This document shows, piece after piece, positions 12,327-24,300 of a stretch of DNA of 64,000 bases; positions within the stretch are counted from its first letter, which is position 1; the number at the start of each line of letters is the position of its first letter. The stretch is from Squalus acanthias. Lineage: Eukaryota. The notes beneath the pieces are model-generated. The model had not been told where the DNA came from. It worked only from the letters and a program-made list of their open reading frames with translations, and did no database searches. The position numbers and the translations under genes are program-made. The stretch lies in the NCBI GenBank assembly GCA_030390025.1, contig CM059452.1, positions 8,184,001 through 8,248,000 of the forward strand, written 5' to 3'.

Positions 12327-14026
12327 GTCCACTTGAGAGAGCAGACTGAGCCTCGGTTTAACGTCTCATCGAAAAGCCAGCAACTCCGACAGTGCAGCAC
12401 TCCCTCAGCACTGCACTGGAGTGTCAGCCTAGACTTGATCCCACAACCTTCTGACTCACTGGCGCAAGTGCCAGCACTGAGCCACACAAGACACATAAGA
12501 TAACAAGATAAGTCATTTTTCACACTAATCACCATTCTAAAAGTAGGATTTTTTGCAATTGATATTTGCATCAACTGATGCTTACAGCGTAACTGCGGCA
12601 TTATAGTGTTTCATCATATCTCCCTCAATATCATCGTTTTGATGTTAATTATGGTTCTCTACAAGGTGATTATGGAATATACTGTGAGACTAAACGCAAG
12701 GATCAATATCTTCAGCATTAGCAGCAAATCCAGTTCTCAAAGTAATCAATGCTCTGCGTGGGCCATCTTCAGCGCCCCATACATTATTGCAAGTCCCATG
12801 ACACAGTTCAGTGTTCTGAGCAAAAGGTGGCTGAAAGGTGTTAACTTTTCGGGTCAGTTCCATGCTGAACTGTGAATCGGTGGGCCGGCAAAAGGTATTT
12901 GAAATGTGAGATGGGCTGATGTATTACGCAGAGCTGAAACAAAAGCCAATTTTTGAACCAGGTGGATATTCGGACCTTGCGGCAGCCCATCCGGCGGTGC
13001 TGAGGTCACAGTTCCAGGCTCTGTCCAACACGGCCATCTTTGTGTGACGTACAGTCGGCCATGTTTCTGTTACGCATTGTCGGCTATGATTGGGTAACGT
13101 ACAGTCCGCCTGTGGCCTTTAACTCGCCTTTTGTCCTTTATGCCGTTTCCCTGCCTGAAACATTGTGCAGCCCTTTGCACATCTCCCCTGTCACTTTCCC
13201 TGACCCTTTGATCGCGGCCTGTACACAGGGTTTATTTGATCAGAGTATGTTGCTGGGTCAGAGACAGTTTATACACAATGAACAGATTTCACAAGGTAGT
13301 GATTGTGCTCTTTAAAACAAGACCCAGGCACAGAGTTCTCCCAATGTCGATTCGCCTTCCGAGTGGCGCTTCATTCTCTGTCACTGCACCTGGAAACTCT
13401 AAATATTAGTGACCTTGAAATCAATCATTACTTAATTGCAACATAATTTTACAAGCAAACCAAAGAAGGGGACGGTGCAGGAAGCATTTATTTAAATTAC
13501 ATGGAGAGTTTATTCTTTGTGTATATTGTGTGTATCTGCCTGTATATTGAAAATGGCCCTGGACTTCTCATATTGTACCCTGACACTCAGTTGCTGGACT
13601 GAGGGGCTGCTGCAGGGTCTCAGGCGCCGTCCTTCGATCAGAGGTTTAACCGAGGTCCCCAGCCCGTTCAGGGAGATGTTAAGGAATCACCGGCACTATT
13701 GGAATAAGAGCGGGAGATTCTCCCGGTGTCCTGGGACAACATTCCACCCTCAACAAACACCACCCAATAAAAACACATGAACCGACCTCCCAGCTCATTA
13801 AAGTGGGACAAAGGCGGGTGGCAGCTTCTGCTGACAGAACAACGCCCCGCTGAACCTCAGACTAATGTGGGAGGGGCTTTCACATCGGGCTCAGAGAAAC
13901 AATGAACGCCAGAAAACTGCAGGTCCTTATTTAAACCTATCGCTTATTCACACAACATACAGCCAGAGATCCGGGAACCGTGCGGCCCATCAATGATCTC
14001 CGGGACATCGCCCTTTGCTAATTAAC

Positions 14027-16118
14027 ATAGAAACATAGAAACATAGAAGATAGGAGCAGGAGTAGGCCATTCGGCCCCTCTAGCCTGCTCCGCCATTCAA
14101 TGCGATCATGGCTGATCATCCAAATTCAGAACCCTGTCCCTGCTTTCTCCCCATATCCGTTGATCCCTTTAGCCTTAAGAAATATATCCAATTCCTTCTT
14201 GAATATATTTAATGAATTGGCCTCTACTGCCTTCTGTGGTAGAGAATTCCACAGGTTCACCATTCTCTAGGTGAAGAAATTCCTCCTCATTTCTGTCCTA
14301 AATGGCTTACCCCTTATCCTTAGACTGTGACCTCTGGTTCTGGACTCCCCGACCATCGGGAACATCCTTCCTGCATTTAGTCTGTCCATTCCTTTCAGAA
14401 TTTTATAAGTTTCAATGAGATCCCCTCTCATTCTTCTAAACTCCAGCGAGTATAAGCCCAATCGACCCAATCTCTCCTCATACGTCATTCCTGCCATCCC
14501 AGGTATCAGCCTGGTGAATCTTCGCTGAACTCCTTCCATGGCAAGAACCTCCTTCCTCAGAAAAGGCGACCAAAACTGCACACAATACTCAAGATGTGGT
14601 CTCACCAAGGCCCTGTACAACTGCAGCAAGACATCCTTGTTCCTGTACTCAAACCCTCTCGCTACGAAGGCCAACATACCATTTGCCTTCTTAACCGCCT
14701 GCTGCACCTGCATGCTTACCTTCAGCGACTGGCGCACAACAACACCCAGGTCTCGTTGCACTTCCCCTTCTCCCAACCTATTGCCATTCAGATAATAATC
14801 TGCCGTCCTGTTTTTGACACCAAAGTGGATAACCTCGCATTTATCCACGTTATATTGCATCTCCCATGCTTCTGCCCAGTCACCCAACCTGTCCAAATCA
14901 TCCTGGAGTTTCTCGGCATCCTCCTCACAGCACACACGCCCACCCAGCTTTGTGTCGTCTGCAAACTTGGAGATAATGGGCCGAAAATTGATCCCGGGAC
15001 GCGAGAGTACGCACTGCGTACTCTCGCGTATTCCCACTCCAATTGCCGGTTTTCTGCATGCCCTGCGCATGCGCTGAAAACCGGCAATTGCTCTTCAGAA
15101 AAGGGGGCGGGTCCTCGGTGCATCGCGTGCGCGCTACAGGCTGCGCGCACGCTGTGCACTTCATGCTTTGGACGCGCAGGTAAGTACTGAAGATTTTGGA
15201 AATGTAAAAAGGAGGAGTAAGACCCGCTTTTAAGAAGGTAAGTAGTGAATTAAGTATTTTTTTGAATTTTTTTTTACAGGTATATCTTTTTTAGAGACTT
15301 TAAAGACAGGTAAGTTTATTTTTAAAACTTTTTAAAAGATTTTAAATTTTTTCAAAAATTTAATTTTTTATTTAAAATGGTTAATTTAATTAACTATACT
15401 TATTTTATTAAAGTGATCGTTTTTTTTTTAAATTTAATTGAGGTTTAGCTGTTATTTTGGGGGGGTGTAAGATTCATAGATTTCACAGCCATGCTGTGAG
15501 ACTTATGAATGGAAGATGGTGTGCTGCCATTGGCTCTAACTGAGTCACGTGATCCCACAGCTCGCACGAATTCACTACGCCGGTGGGATACGCAAGCCCA
15601 GCACAGCTGATGTCTGGAACATCAAATTCGTGCGAGCTGGATCTGAAAAAGCACAAGCGAGGTGAGACATCGCGGGGAAGGCTTACCCCCGCGGGAACAG
15701 AGCGAGATCAATTTCTGGGCCATTACATCTAGTTCCCTCGTCTAGATCATTAATATATATTGTGAACAACTGGGGTCCTAGCACCGATCCCTGCGATACA
15801 CCACTAGTCACTGCCTGCCACTCGGCAAAAGACCCGTTTATTCCAACTCTTTGCTTTCTGTCTGCCAACCAGTTCTCTATCCAAGTCAATACCTTGCCAC
15901 CAATCCCATGTGCCTTAACTTTACATGCTAATCTCTTATGCGGGACCTTATCGAAAGCCTTTTGAAAGTCCAAATACACCACATCCACTGGTTCTCCCTT
16001 ATCTATTTTACCAGTTACATCCTCAAAAAATTCCAGTAGATTAGTCAAGCACGATTTATCTTTTGTAAATCCATGTTGACTTTGTCCGATCCTGTCACTG
16101 TTTTCCAAGTGCTCTACT
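14027..16118 (-). mobile_element. 5'-truncated CR1 LINE, split by a nested DNA element
   Basis: RT motifs [46 protein letters not shown]; (ttctatgt)n 3' tail; ATTAAC on both flanks (14021-14026, 16119-16124); absent from the paralogous site at ~9460. Confidence 0.92.
14978..15721. mobile_element. Non-autonomous TIR DNA transposon (MITE, PIF/Harbinger-like) nested in CR1
   Basis: Ends GGGCCGAAAATTGATC / reverse complement GGCCCAGAAATTGATC; flanks AAT/ATT; removal restores LINE ORF GTRCN-ISKFADD. Confidence 0.75.
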
Positions 16119-16237
16119 ATTAACTCGGTCCCATAAAGTATTTCAGTCCAGGTCTGAGGTACAGTCTCCCAGAACAGTCCAGGGCTGCAGTCTCCAGCTC
16201 CCCGTCATATAAGCCATCAGCTCCAGGCAGCGGAACG

Positions 16238-16283
16238 ATGGCAACCCTCCTTGATTTCACCCTGTGTGTCTGTTTATCCTGAG
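16238..16283 (+). pseudogene. Disabled leader exon of the second NAR-TCR V
   Basis: MATLLDFTLCVCLS*; tgtttatcctgagtacc versus paralog tgtttaccccgtgagtacc: the GT donor is lost and an in-frame TGA created. Confidence 0.85.
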
Positions 16284-16425
16284 TACCGATCAAACAAACC
16301 GACATTGTGTGGATTTAATATAAAGCTGCCCGGGTCGATTCCAATTGCGGACACTGTCTGGGTTTTAGCCCCGTTGTGTGGTTCGGCTCTGATGTCCCAT
16401 TAAACTCTCTCTGTTTAATTTCCAG

Positions 16426-16758
16426 GCTCTTCAGTGACACAGACCCCGCCAGCGGTGACCAGGGAGGAGTGTCAGTCTCTCACCATCACCTGTGTTTTCT
16501 ATGGTGGTTTTTGCGCCCGTTCTTTAACGCGTGGGGATTTCTTCAGACAAACCCGGACCGGGACAGAGCGGGAGCGGATCTCGAGCGGAGAGCGATTTGT
16601 TGTGTCGACTAATAAGGCAGACAAGACATTTTCGTTGGAAATTCGGGATGTGCGAGTTGAAGACAGCGCCACCTATTACTGTAAAGCTGAGTACTCGTAC
16701 CGGAAGGATCACCATGATACTGTGGATGGATCCGGGACAGTGGTGACTGTCACAGCCG
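16426..16758 (+). CDS. Germline-joined NAR-TCR V(D)J exon, open and in frame, without RSS
   Basis: ttccag acceptor, ...SVTQTPPAVTREECQSLTITCVFYGGFCARSL...DSATYYCKAEYSYRKDHHDTVDGSGTVVTVTA, G|gtaagt donor; 333 nt, phase 1 at both ends. Confidence 0.85.
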
Positions 16759-18839
16759 GTAAGTGACTCCAAACTCCGCCGTGTTACAGACTGTCCCGGT
16801 TAATGATCACCGTCAGTTTATTATTGTGATCAGTATCACCTCAATCCCCTCAACATCAAACAAACCGGTTTTCTAAGGGGTTCATTGCAGCTTTAGATTC
16901 GGGAGCAGAATTTGAATCAGGGCCGGGTACGTGTGCTAGTCAAGAGAGAGGAGGTGTGAGACCCCCACGGAGTAGGCAGTCTGGGAGGGGGGGGGGAGGG
17001 TTACCCCATCTGGACCATCATTGGTTTAACGGGGATCTCGAGGGATCCCATGAACAACCCGGACTCTCACTCTGATCCCCAGTTGGTTTAAATGAGCGCA
17101 GATTGTCGACACGCCGGCCTCCGCTCTCGGTGTTAACTGTGACTGAGGGAGCTCTGCCTGTCCCTGTGAGCAGGGCAGAGGGTCACAGAGTACCGTCCTT
17201 GGCAGGAGATTCCAGTCCGTGCCGGACAGTGTGAATGAGGTACCGGGAGAGTGAACCCAACAATACAGCGGCCCGTCCGATACCTGCAGCGGCCCGTCCG
17301 ATACCTGCAGCGGCCGGTCCGATACCTGCAGCGACCCGTCCGATACCCGCTGCGGCCGTCCGATACCTGCAGCGGCCCGTCCGATACCTGCAGCGGACCG
17401 TCCGATACGTTATTGCCGGAACAGTTAATGCCGGCTGTGGGAACGTACTTCAGCGAAGAGTAAAGAAAATAAGAAGCTAAACGTTCTATAGCATCATGTT
17501 TAGCAGTGAAGTGGCTAATTCTGTAATACTGACCAAACATATCAAGGCGGATAATTGTTGATATTTATCGGTGCCATTTTCCCACAACAGATTATTTAGT
17601 GTGAGAACTCCTTCGCTGCATAGCTCACATCATATGAATCATGTTTGTATATTAATATTGTTCTTGGACAAGTAGGAACACTATCTTTATAATCTCTGGC
17701 AAGAAAAGTTGTATTCAAGAAAAGGTGGGATGAGAGGGCTGTCCTAGGATGACGGATTTGTAGAATGGGCCTATACTCTCTGGAGTTCAGAAGAATGAGA
17801 GGTGATCTCATTGAAACATACAATATTCTGAAGGGGATTGACAGGGTAGATGCTGAGGTTGTTTCCTGGCTGGAGTGTCTAGAACTAGGGGGCATAATCT
17901 CAGGATAAGGGTCAGCCATTTAAGACTGAGATGAGGAGAATTTTCTTCACTCAGAGGGTTGTGAATCTTTGTAATTCTCTGCCCCAGAGGGCTGTGGATG
18001 CTGAGTCTTTGAGTATATTCAAGGCTGAGATAGATAGGTTTTTGGACTCTAGGGGAACCAAGGGATATGGAGATCGGGCGGGAAAGTGGAGTTGAGGTCG
18101 TTGATCAGCCTTGATCTTATTGAATGGCGGAGCAGGCTCAAAGGGCCGAATGGCCTACTCCTGCTCTTATTTCTTAAATCATTACCATACATTTGAAAGT
18201 AAAAATAAAAGATCACGATCTAAATTAAGACGAGGAAGGGACTTTCATCCTATTTAACTTGTCTATCCAAAAAAAAGATAAACTCGGGGCTGGAATCAGG
18301 GGTTTGGAGGTTGGGCGGGTGGTGGTGGTGGGGGTGGGGTGAAGTAAGCAGCGATCCATTCGGCCTTCCGTCAGAATCGCTCTCAGCGCGCAGGCGGGCA
18401 GCACAGACACAGCACTTAAAGCAGTACAGCTCGACTTGTTTTTCAATCTCTGTCCCTCCTCCATCTCCCACCCCACAAATAATCTTCCCAACACTAGAAT
18501 GATTCTTTATCTCAATGTTCTAATAACCCCTTCATTGCCCACAATTATTGTGTTTATTTCAAAATTAATATCAACAAGCCAATCAGGTCCGATACCTACA
18601 GCGGCAGAAATACTGGAGCACAACATGGCGGGGCTTCAGATACACGTGATCCGCCTGTAGGTCTAGATGGCATTTCATTATTGGACACTCAGTGACTGAA
18701 ATTAGTTGTATCGTATCTGACATTTATTCCAATTGCTTTTATATGAACAATCATTTTCCCTCCACGTTTCACGTTTAAGTCGAAAAGTAAAAGCTTCGAA
18801 CTACAGACGCTGTTAAATAATTTTTACTGTTTTCTAATC

Positions 18840-19100
18840 AATCCAATGGGGAATTCAGGAGGAACTTCTTTACCCAGAGAGTGGTCAGAATGTGGAACTC
18901 GCTGCCACAGGGAGCAGTTGAGCCGAATAACATCGATACATTGAAGGGGAATCTAGATAAGTAGGTGAGGGAGAAAGGAATAGAAGGATCTGTTGATGGG
19001 GTGAGATGGAGTAGGGGTGGGAGGAGGCTCGTGTGGAGCAGTAACACCGGCATGGACCGATTGGGCCCAATGGCCTGTTTCTGTGCTCTACATTCTGTGT
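18840..19100 (+). mobile_element. CR1 LINE 3' fragment
   Basis: aggaacttctttacccagagagtggtcagaatgtggaactcgctgcc (RNFFTQRVVRMWNSLP). Confidence 0.75.
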
Positions 19101-19519
19101 AATTCGCTGTAATATTAATGTTCATGTTTGAGAGATCGGATTGCAGTAATTTATCTGTATCCCTGGTTACTGTTAACTGAAACAACACTGGGCAGTGAGC
19201 GAGTGAGGGCGAGGTTCTAATGTTCCTATAAAGGAGAGCAGGAACACCCGAGGGAACAAGTACAGACTGGAGGGAAGTCCATTTAGAACCAGCAAGAAAT
19301 CATTCATCGAAAGGGAGAGAAATATCGGACTTCACCGGCCGGGCGGGGGTGTGGAGACACCGGTCTCTGGGCCGTTCAAAGCACAATCCGACACCGGGGC
19401 AGTGAGATTTACTGGAGGGACGGGCTGCGATTGGGCTCCGGCCCTTTTCTCAGCTTTGGATTTCTTGCACTCCTGAGAAAAGACATCAGCAGCAATCCAC
19501 ACATTTCTGGAAAGATTGA

Positions 19520-19930
19520 ACAGGCATTCTCTGGAAAAGAGAAGAAAACGAGGAGACCTGATGGAGGTGATTAAAATGATGAAGGGGTTCGATAGGGTGC
19601 ACGTGGGGAAACTGTTTCCATTGTGGGTGAGTCCAGAACAAGGGGCCACAAATATAAGATAGTCACTAACAGAACAAATAAAGACATTGGGAAGAATTTA
19701 TTCACACAGAGAGGCGTCAGAATGTGGAACTCGCTGCCACACGGAGCAGTTGGAGCAGATAGCGTTGATGCATTTAAGGGGAGGCTTGAAAAATACAGGA
19801 GGGAGAAAGGAATCGAGATGCACAGGGGTCAGAGTGTGAAGAGGTAATTAGAGTGGGGGGAGGCTGTGTGGAGTATAAACACCGGCACAGACCAGTTGGG
19901 CTGAATGGCCTGTTCCTGTTCTGCAGATTC
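19520..19930 (+). mobile_element. CR1 LINE 3' fragment
   Basis: ESRTRGHKYKI...NLFTQRGVRMWNSLP. Confidence 0.75.
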
Positions 19931-20519
19931 TGTTTAATGTAAAACTCAGAGAAAACTCCGCCCGGACAACACGGGAGAGAATCAGCCAATGGTCTGAAGG
20001 AATTGAAGTTGTCAGAGAGCCGGAAGAGCCAGTTCCCAGTGAGTAACAGTAAAACCACTGCGGAAACTGCACAGACTGAACCCAACCGACAACCGAGAGA
20101 CTTTGTGACAAGTTCTCAGGCTGGCAAAAAACCACAAACAGCACAAAGTGAGCGACCCAGATGTAGAAATAAAATGAAACTAACTGAAAATAATTACAAT
20201 TAAAGTGAAATGGAGCAACCGGTCCCACTGATGGAAGAAAAGAGACAAATAGAGCGAGAGGCAGACAGGAGCTCCCGTGAACCGTTAAACTGCAGTAAAA
20301 GATTGACCTTTGACCCACAGATTTTCAGTGTCAGTTTGGCTCAGTCGGTGCTGAGGAATCTCACTGCTTTCTGTTGGATCTTGCTGTGCGCAGTGACATA
20401 ACACAGCCGGGTCACTCTCGGTCAAACATCATTGGAATGTGGTTGTCTCAGTGAGGAGGAGAATGGCTATTATTTTTTTCGGGTTTGACTTTCACCAAGA
20501 AAAATAAAAACAAAAATTT

Positions 20520-20768
20520 AATAGAAATCATAGAATCATACGGCAGAGAAGGAGGTCATTCGGCCCACCTTGCCTGTGCGGCGCTGTGAAGGAGCTATTC
20601 AATTACTCCCACTCGCCCCGCTCTTTCCCCATAGCCCTGACAAATTTTCCTTTTCCAGTATTGATCCAATTTCCTGTTGAAAGTTACTATTGAATCTGCT
20701 CCCACCACCATTTCAGGCAGTGCATTCCAGATCATAACGGCTCACTGTGTAAATACATTTCTCCTCAG
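20520..20768 (-). mobile_element. CR1 LINE 3' end fragment
   Basis: (atcataga)n tail and RRNVFTQ...LEC motif; similar to 825-1050. Confidence 0.65.
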
Positions 20769-20965
20769 CGCCCCCTGCCCCTCCACCCCCCACAGCATCC
20801 CCCTCCCAACTCTGGTTCCTTGACCAATGACAGTGAAAAAAGTTGGAAAAGGCTTCAAATGAAGAATAGCATTAGCGGGAGAGGCAGAATTATTCCTGTG
20901 ATTCACAAGACTCCCCGGGTAACCAGCAGCCAAATAAATAACATTCTCCCATTTTAATCCTGCAG

Positions 20966-21307
20966 ATTCCAGTTTCTCGATGTCCCAGGGTCCGCCTCTA
21001 CAATCCTCTGCTGCCGCTGACACCGTTACTTTAAACTGCGAATATTCAGGGTTCTGTCTGACAGTACACTGGTACCGTCAGTCCCCAGGGCAGGCTCCGA
21101 AATACCTGCTTCAGAGAAAAACTTCAGGAGAGGGGAATAAAGTAAACGCTGATGGGGGCCGAATTTCTGCTTCTGCCGATGGGGAGCAGAAAATCAGCAG
21201 GTTAACCATCGCGAAACTGCAACTGAGTGACTCCGCTGTGTATTACTGTGCACTGAGTCCGCGCACAGCACAGTGATACAGAACACGGAGAGAGCCGTAC
21301 AAAAACC
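20966..21307 (+). CDS. Supporting TCR-delta V segment of NAR-TCR (leaderless; V exon 20966-21268, RSS 21269-21307)
   Basis: cctgcag phase-1 acceptor, DSSFSMSQGP...VTLNCEYSGFCLTVHWYRQ...DSAVYYCALS; extra CDR1 Cys; no leader exon found upstream; consensus CACAGTG-23-ACAAAAACC. Confidence 0.88.
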
Positions 21308-24300
21308 TGTACATGGTGGGGATTACACACACACAGTGATACAGAGCACGGAGAGAGTTCACAAACCTGAACATGGTGGGGTTACAGACACACAGTGAGA
21401 CAGAGCACGGAGCGATTTCACACACCTGAACTTGGTGAGGATTACAGACACACAGTGATACAGAGCACGGAGAGAGTTCACAAACCTGAACATGGTGGGG
21501 ATTACAGACACAGTGATACAGAGCACGGAGTGAGTTCACAAACCTGAACATGGTGGGGATTACAGACACAGTGATACAGAGCACGGAGAGAGTTCACAAA
21601 CCTGAACATGGTGGGATTACAGACACACAGTGATACAGAGCACGGAGAGAGTTCACAAACCTGAACATGGTGGGATTACAGACACACAGTGATACAGAGC
21701 ACGGAGAGAGTTCACAAACCTGAACATGGTGGGGATTACAGACACACAGTGATACAGAGCACGGAGAGAGTTCACAAACCTGAACATGGTGAGGATTACA
21801 GACACACAGTGATACAGAGCACGGAGAGAGTTCACAAACCTGAACATGGTGGGGATTACAGACACACAGTGATACAGAGCACGGAGAGAGTTCACAAACC
21901 TGAACATGGTGGGGATTACAGACCCACAGTGATAGAGAGCACGGAGAGAGTTCACAAACCTGAACATGGTGGGGATTACAGACACACAGTGATACAGAGC
22001 AAGGAGAGAGTTCACAAACCTGAACATGGTGAGGATTACAGACACACAGTGATACAGAGCACGGAGAGAGTTCACAAACCTGAACATGGTGAGGATTACA
22101 GACACACAGTGATAGAGAGCACGGAGAGAGTTCACAAACCTGAACATGGTGGGGATTACAGACACACAGTGATACAGAGCAAGGAGAGAGTTCACAAACC
22201 TGAACATGGTGGGGATTACAGACACACAGTGATACAGAGCACGGAGAGAGTTCACAAACCTGAACATGGTGGGGATTACAGACACACAGTGATAGAGAGC
22301 ACGGAGAGAGTTCACAAACCTGAACATGGTGGGGATTACAGACACACAGTGATACAGAGCACGGAGAGAGTTCACAAACCTGAAAATGGTGGGGATTACA
22401 GACACACAGTGATACAGAGCACGGAGAGAGTTCACAAACCTGAACATGGTGAGGATTACAGACACACAGTGATACAGAGCACGGAGAGAGTTCACAAACC
22501 TGAACATGGTGGGGATTACAGACACACAGTGATACAGAGCACGGAGAGAGTTCACAAACCTGAACATGGTGGGGATTACAGACACACAGTGATACAGAGC
22601 ACGGAGAGAGTTCACAAACCTGAACATGGTGGGGATTACAGACACACAGTGATACAGAGCACGGAGAGAGTTCACAACCTGAACATGGTGGGGATTACAG
22701 ACACACAGTGATACAGAGCACGGAGAGAGTTCACAAACCTGAACATGGTGGGGATTACAGACACACAGTGATACAGAGCACGGAGAGAGTTCACAAACCT
22801 GAACATGGTGGGGATTACAGACACACAGTGATACAGAGCACGGAGAGAGTTCACAAACCTGAACATGGTGGGGATTACAGACACACAGTGATACAGAGCA
22901 CGGAGAGAGTTCACAAACCTGAACATGGTGGGGATTACAGACACACAGTGATAGAGAGCACGGAGAGAGTTCACAAACCTGAACATGGTGGGGATTACAG
23001 ACACACAGTGATACAGAGCACGGAGAGAGTTCACAAACCTGAACATGGTTAGGATTACAGACACACAGTGATACAGAGCACGGAGAGAGTTCACAAACCT
23101 GAACATGGTGAGGATTACAGACACACAGTGATAGAGAGCACGGAGAGAGTTCACAAACCTGAACATGGTGGGGATTACAGACACACAGTGATACAGAGCA
23201 CGGAGAGAGTTCACAAACCTGAACATGGTGGGGATTACAGACACACAGTGATAGAGAGCACGGAGAGAGTTCACAAACCTGAACATGGTGGGGATTACAG
23301 ACACACAGTGATACAGAGCACGGAGAGAGTTCACAAACCTGAACATGGTGGGGATTACAGACACACAGTGATACAGAGCACGGAGAGAGTTCACAAACCT
23401 GAACATGGTGAGGATTACAGACACACAGTGATACAGAGCACGGAGAGAGTTCACAAACCTGAACATGGTGGGGATTACAGACACACAGTGATACAGAGCA
23501 CGGAGAGAGTTCACAAACCTGAACATGGTGAGGATTACAGACACACAGTGATACAGAGCACGGAGAGAGTTCACAAACCTGAACATGGTGGGGATTACAG
23601 ACACACAGTGATACAGAGCACGGAGAGAGTTCACAAACCTGAACATGGTGGGGATTACAGACACACAGTGATACAGAGCACGGAGAGAGTTCACAAACCT
23701 GAACATGGTGGGGATTACAGACACACAGTGATACAGAGCACGGAGAGAGTTCACAAACCTGAACATGGTGGGGATTACAGACACACAGTGATACAGAGCA
23801 CGGAGAGAGTTCACAAACCTGAACATGGTGGGGATTACAGACACACAGTGATACAGAGCACGGAGAGAGTTCACAAACCTGAACATGGTGGGGATTACAG
23901 ACACACAGTGATACAGAGCACGGAGAGAGTTCACAAACCTGAACATGGTGGGGATTACAGACACACAGTGATACAGAGCACGGAGAGAGTTCACAAACCT
24001 GAACATGGTGAGGATTACAGACACACAGTGATACAGAGCACGGAGAGAGTTCACAAACCTGAACATGGTGAGGATTACAGACACACAGTGATACAGAGCA
24101 CGGAGAGAGTTCACAAACCTGAACATGGTGGGGATTACAGACACACAGTGATACAGAGCACGGAGAGAGTTCACAAACCTGAACATGGTGGGGATTACAG
24201 ACACACAGTGATACAGAGCACGGAGAGAGTTCACAAACCTGAACATGGTGAGGATTACAGACACACAGTGATACAGAGCACGGAGAGAGTTCACAAACCT

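Noticed and set aside
16426-16758. Processed (retroposed) VDJ copy
   Set aside because: Leader intron and both genomic flanks are retained; no poly-A or TSD.
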